Positions 55,181-64,000 of a stretch of DNA of 64,000 nt are shown one piece after another (the first letter of the stretch is position 1; every line of letters begins with the position of its first letter). The stretch lies in assembly GCF_009914755.1 (NCBI RefSeq), contig NC_060927.1, one strand, 5' to 3'. The position numbers and the translations under genes were made by a program. The stretch comes from the human T2T-CHM13v2.0 reference genome, Homo sapiens. A model generated the notes under the pieces. That model was given only the letters and a program-made list of their open reading frames with translations, was not told where the DNA came from and ran no database searches.

Positions 55181-57234
55181 GGCAACTACCACATTTACCA
55201 AAAGTTTGAATTTGAATTCCTTAGATGGAAAAAGTATTGTCTAGTTTGCTTAGTCTCTACAACTCTTTGTTAGTTGCCTTTGTACCTTTCATACATTTAT
55301 ATTAACCGTCCTGCCAGTGAAGACTAACATTTAGGAAATTTGCTCATAACTCCTTATTATGCTGTAATTAATTTTCAAAATATAATGGAAAAAGTTGATT
55401 GACCTGCACACAGAAAGGGAGTTAATGGTGGTAAGGAATAAGATAAAATATCCATGATTCAGAGTACAAGTAGCCCATGGATTATTAATTAGCTAAGCCC
55501 CACCTGAATTTCAACAGAGGAAGTGTAAGGCCAAAATGTTAACCATGGTTCCAGTTTCTAGAGTCTTATATATTTCCAGTATAACTTTTCAGCTCCTCTC
55601 TCTAGCACACAGCAATTAGTTCAATCAAACTGGGCACTTTGCTGTTTCTGACATTGGTATCTTTTCTCATAAATACTCTTCCTACAATGCTCCTTGCTGT
55701 CCTCCTCAATGACACTGTCAGAAGAACTCTTCCTCCTCTACTAAAATCTACAGCCTGGACCTGTAGATGTAAGTGTTCCTTACTGCTTCCTGCTATAAAA
55801 TCACACAGTACACTGACAAGAACGTGGGCTTTCAAGACTGAAAGAACAAAGTTAGTATTATCTCATGTTTGTTGGATGACCTATGAAACTCAGTTTCCTC
55901 ATGTATAATGGAGAAAATACTACCCACCTCTCAGAGTTGTAGCAAGCTTTGGAGACAATCTGTAGTACTAGGAAGAGGCTGTCTTCCTAGAGACCCTGGT
56001 TTTGCTGCGATTCTACAGTCACAGCTCAGGTTGATCAAGGCACTACAAAGGCATGAGTCTGCAAAATGAGATACAGGAGCCTTCAAAATTTGACTTATTC
56101 CAGTACTTGCTTTAGTCTTACACTACAGTGTCGGTTTGAGGTATGACACTTATAGATTACATGGGAATCTATAGTTCTCAAAAAAAATGAAATTCAATGA
56201 GTTACATTAAATGTATTTCTTAAATGTCCTTCAGAATGACTCCTCTGTGGTCTCCTTCCAAGCAGATGTCTTGGCAGGGCAAGGAGTGTGGCCTGAGCTA
56301 CAGATGACTTTTAACACATTCCTTTCTATTGTGTCTTTTTCTGTATTGGATCACCCTCAAATGAAGTTACCAGTAGGCAATGGAGGAAGTGAGAAGTCCA
56401 AGATATTGTGGTTGCTGAGGGTTTGGCCTTTAATTTCCTGCTCGCCTCACCAGCAAGTGTTATACTTCACATCTGGTCTTAGCTTTATGCGTATATCATG
56501 AAGACCAATGCTGGTAACACAATAAGTATGTAGTAGTTACTCCCAATTATGATGTCATTCTTCTCTCCTGAGGAAATGTCTAGCATAATGCCTTGAGTGT
56601 AGCAGGGACTTACCATATTTGTTAACCAAATAAAAATCTTGTAAGGGCTTCATTATAAAAGAAGGGACTGATTATGTGAAGGGCAGAAGATACAATTGGA
56701 GAGAAGGGAGGGAAACAAGTAGATGGAAAGGCAAATTTCATTGATGTATTATAATTTTGATGCAGAATGTACCTTGACTTTATGTGTTCGGCCTCAAAGA
56801 AGCTGAGAACAACGATATTTTATGTTTTCATTTCTTTTCATTTTTCTTTGCAGCCTGAGTTTTTCACATAGTGTTATATTGTAAACATTCGAAAGGCTGG
56901 TATAATGTTTATCATTATACCTTTGTTTGCTTCAAAACATTTCAGTGAGCTTGTATTTTCTTCAACCACTTTTCTACTGTAGATACTGTTTTTTCAGGTT
57001 TTGTCAATAATAGACAATATCACATTAGTGGAGTTATTTTGAGCTATTTCTTAAGATTAAATATCCAATATTATGCTTACAAATGGTAAAAATTATAATG
57101 ACTTGTGTATTTTTTGGATATAAGATAATTGTATTGCTGTAGAGAGTTACTGATGTATAAATGCACCATGTCAATACTTTGCACTTGTATAACATGCTTC
57201 ACGTGGCTGTGTATTCACTGGAAACAATAATAGC

Positions 57235-57410
57235 ACCATGATGAAGGTAGTTCTGGAATCAGCCTATACGGGTGAAAAAAAATCTCATTTTCTCCACTAA
57301 TGTTTGACTTTGGGCAATTACCTAACCCCTATTAGTGTCCATTTTCTTATCTCTAAAAATGGGAGTAATAATAGTACCTTTCCTTAGCATTTCTGTGACA
57401 AGTTAATCAT
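57235..57410 (+). mobile_element. MIR
   Basis: 'tgactttgggcaattacctaacc..ttttcttatctctaaaaatgggagtaataatagtacct'. Confidence 0.72.
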
Positions 57411-57779
57411 GACAAGTACAAATTTACCTAATTCAATAGAAATACAAATTTCAAATAGACCAACTTAATACAATAGAAATACCAGACTTGATACAATAGA
57501 AGTTTGTTTCCCTCATATATAACAGTCTAGACTTAGAAGGGTGCCTGAAATAGGCTGGTGGCTTTGCCCTGTGGAATCATCTAGGAATCCATGTTTCTTC
57601 TATATTATTAACCTGCTATTTCAAGGGATTTTGTCCTAGTCTGCCTGGTCAGAGCTTGCCAGTACCATGGAAAGGGTATAGAAGAATGAAGTAAGAGTGG
57701 AGGATTGTCAGCTTTCTTTTTGTGGATGGGACTCCAAAGTCAAACACAATATTCATATTCATAGTTGAGAATTTATCTT

Positions 57780-59450
57780 ATTTTGTTAAGCCTAATATGT
57801 CATCCATTGTAAGACAAAAACATTATTTTATATTTTTATTACAGTTAAACTATGACTCAATGATTTATTAGTCCTTGTATATTTTATTTTTATTTGTATA
57901 AAGAGCTCTTAGATCTACTCATTTTTTTAATTAAAATATTGAGTTTATTTCACATGTATATTTTTGTCTCCCCACAATATCCATGTTTGACCGCCACTAC
58001 TACTATGTCCTGTCATAACATTCTATACATATTTAAAACAAAGCAAAGGGCAGAGTTCCATCTTTACAAAACTAAACAGGCATTTTTGACAACATATTCT
58101 TGGCAATGGAACCTGAAGAACATTTATCAAACACAGTAGGGGAATATAAAGGACAGCCAGATATCAACTGTTAAAGAAATGAAATAAGATGAAAAATTTT
58201 GCAAAACTGTTTAAATTATATTCTTAAAGCGACTTCCTCCACTGCCAGAGATCTTGAATAGCCTACTAGTCAGTCATCCAAAAGCAATTATTCACATAAT
58301 TAATGAACTTGACTTCCACTTTGGGAAAAGAACCATCTTTCTCTATACTTGCATACATTTTTGTCTTCATATCTTTTGTAGACGTAAGTCCTTTGGGCGT
58401 TTTAGGAGTTTTTTTTTTTTTTCCTGTTTTTTGAAGGATTCTTGACGTTTTGATCTTGGTGTGTTGACAGTTTCGAATCTTTTCTATTCTGCTTTGATTG
58501 TTTTGCATCTTTGGCTGGCACATCTCATGTAGATTTCTTCACTGGAGCTTTTTCTTCAGTTTCCTCATCATCAAAATCATCATCATTTTCATCAGCAGTA
58601 AGTTTTACTTTATCCTGTGGAATCTTGCTACCACCTCCAGGGGCAGATTGCCTTCCAGACATGCCTAAGAGTTTCACATCCTCCTCTTTTTCATCTTCCG
58701 ACTGTGTGTCTTTCTCCCCAGCTACAAAGTGCTGTCTACTAGTATGCACTGGCTCTGAACCATGCTTCAACTCTAAGACCACAGGTGGTGTTATTTCAAA
58801 GCCCCAACGGAAACCGTTGGTATACAGACATTTTCAAAGTCACCGGTGCTACTTTAATTGGACTGCCTTCATAATTCATCGCCTCTGCCTCAACAATGTG
58901 TAATTCATCCTTTGCACGAGCCCCTAAACTCACCATTCTTAAGGATATCTGGCGCTCATTTTCATCATTATCTACTTCAAAGTGATCATCTTTTTTGACC
59001 TTTAGTTCAGAATTGAAAAGATAGTTTAGGGTCTCAAGGGGCTCATGTCTATGTCCATCGAATCTTCCATGGGTGGTGGCACACACATAGGTGGGAGAGA
59101 AGGCAGACAGAGATAAAAGACTACTGCTCCAGAAAACAACCGCACAGGATAGAATCACAAGAAGGAACATAGTTTTAAAGATACCATATATCACTTTGGG
59201 CACTTATAAACAGAAAAATAAAAAAGCAATAAATTAATTAAGATATTATTAAACCTTATTTACATCTGAATTCAGATTAGTGAATCACTATTTGGTTCAG
59301 AATTGTTGATGTCCATGTTAACTCGCACAATATTGTTCTTTGTGCCATGAAGATCATTTGTGATATGGCCTTTCTTGGAAGTGTGCTCCACTATTATCTC
59401 TAAGATTTTGCTTCAAGCTAATAACACCCATTTTTTCATGTCAACAGTTT
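57780..59450 (-). mobile_element. Pogo/Tigger-type DNA transposon relic, split by the NPM1 pseudogene
   Basis: Minus-strand 59430-59326 translates to WVLLA*SKILEIIVEHTSKKGHITNDLHGTKNNIV, which resembles the pogo DDE C-terminal motif (WV..AW..I....V..SFKKCGI.NALDG.EDD). 57790-57830 resembles a Tigger-type terminus. Boundaries are uncertain. Confidence 0.6.
57922..59167 (-). pseudogene. Processed nucleophosmin (NPM1) pseudogene
   Basis: Intronless copy with 5'UTR, ATG at 59070 ([14 protein letters not shown] then TAA), nucleoplasmin core ([20 protein letters not shown]), acidic tracts, C-terminal DLWQWRKSL* (stop 58224-58226), 3'UTR with AATAAA and a short A tail. Several frameshifts and stops. 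The NPM1P number cannot be assigned from sequence alone. Confidence 0.97.
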
Positions 59451-59764
59451 CTTATTTGGTAAAACTCATAAATTCATTTTTCCTGAACTGAATTACATGT
59501 CATTGAACACTAAGCAGTTTCTTTTCAAATCAGTAGCAAGTTCATACAAATAAATGATTAATACCTCAGTGACAGTCTGTGCAATGTATACATCTTTCAC
59601 ATAATCTATTAGTAGCTTTTAATTTTCTTCTTTTATTTTTGTGGAATTTAGCAGTGTCTAATGCCCTAGTTGCATTGCTTGGAGTGTAGAATCAACAACC
59701 ACATACATAACCTAAATTAAATGATGCTGATATTGATAATTATGGCAAGTAGCTTTTTTCAAAC

Positions 59765-60200
59765 TAATAGAAATTTCAGCTGGGCATATATGTGCCCAAA
59801 ATAAAAACTACATTTTCCAGCTTCCTTTGCAGTTAAGGGTCAGGTGTGAGATTCAATTTTATTTTACTTAGGAGCCAATAAGTTGTCCTGTTTATGGATT
59901 CTGGAAAAAGATATGAGGCTCTTGGGTCTCATGCCCTAAGTTTCATGATGGCAAGACAGAGGAGCCTAGATGGATGCTCATATATAGTGGGTTCACATCA
60001 CATTGAGGAATTTCAAGTATAGCAAATAATAAGCAAGCCTGCTCTTTGTCTCATACCAAGATATTACCTCATCCTTCAGAGTTTCTCACTGTAAGCTCAA
60101 TCCTAAATAATGGCCAAGTTCAGAGTGCCCAGGGCTTTTAATTCTTGGCATACTCCCAAAGATGTATAGGATCATGCAGGAACCATGGTAGATCATATGC
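59765..60200. mobile_element. LTR remnants (MLT1-like ~59765-59970, ERVL MER77/MER21-like ~59984-60200)
   Basis: 'actacattttccagcttcctttgcagttaag' and 'aagcaagcctgctctttgtc..attacctcatccttca'. Family names are tentative. Confidence 0.45.
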
Positions 60201-61044
60201 TAGTACTATGTATTATGAAGCTTGCGGACCTGGATGAAAGATTCTCTGGGACAGATATATTTGTAAGAGCAAAACTGATTGGTAATAGAGTATGAGTAAA
60301 TATCATTTGAAGTCTTCTTTTCTCAGTCCACAAAATGGATGTGTTGCCCCCTCTCTTGTGAGGCTGATTTGATTGTAGTGGTCTAATGCAGGTAATCCAC
60401 TTGTTCTGGTGACTGACAAAAAGAAGAGATATCTAGTGAATGGTAGATGTAGCTGCTGCTACATCAAGCAAACTGACTTACAGAGTAAGAACTTTAGTAT
60501 GTGTGTAGTATGTGTGCATCTTCTATAGTACTTAATATTGTAGTATAAAAGTTATCTATGTTCTTCAAAACAAAACAAAACAACAACAACAACAACAAAA
60601 ACCTCTGCCTTGAAACAATCCAAAGTGGTTTGGCAAAGGAAATAAAAGAAGTCAGTAAGTTTTTAATTTGTTGGGTACTCTGTTACCTTTTAACTAAAAT
60701 GAAGTTTTGAAATTAATTTTAGATTTTTACCATTTTACTTAAGCATTGAACAAAGACAATGGGAGTTTAATTGCCACATGAAAGATTTAAGCTAAAGAGA
60801 AGGCTAAATAAAGAATATATCTATTATTGATCACTTTAAACCAACACTGGGCTAAATGCCTTATGTAACTCATACAAGTCAGTGAGGGCTGCATTGGAAA
60901 ATAAATCATATTATTTAGAAATCATTTATTGATTATTGTGAATAAACATATACATAGGTTAACATGGATCATCTTTTTTTGAAAGAGAATGATTTGATTT
61001 ATGTTCCAATTCACTTCTGATTCTATAATTTCTATGTAAGTGCT

Positions 61045-64000
<2,956 letters not shown>

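Noticed and set aside
58511-58903. 130-aa Ser-rich + strand ORF
   Set aside because: Antisense shadow of the NPM1 pseudogene acidic region.

Overview
AT-rich, repeat-dense primate DNA, almost certainly human because it holds a near-consensus AluYa5. It looks intergenic or deep-intronic, and I see no intact protein-coding gene, RNA gene or CRISPR array. Content: many L1 fragments of different ages, twelve Alu copies or monomers, MaLR/ERVL solo LTRs (MLT2A, MST, MLT1), DNA-transposon relics (Tigger3a, MER58A, MER5A, a pogo-type element), MIR/L2 remnants, microsatellites, and a disabled processed NPM1 pseudogene (minus strand, ~57920-59167). The structures that repeat annotation does not explain are: a ~490-bp inverted duplication (2381-2871 vs 9465-10260); three short locally templated or fold-back insertions (35.7, 42.7 and 54.9 kb); an old 140-bp tandem duplication; an MLT2A LTR with a consensus-matching DUX4 site; and a junction-created ORF that fuses a hydrophobic leader to the NPM1 core. 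I found no evidence of a new multi-gene system. Subfamily names come from remembered consensus sequences, and boundaries of old repeats are approximate.
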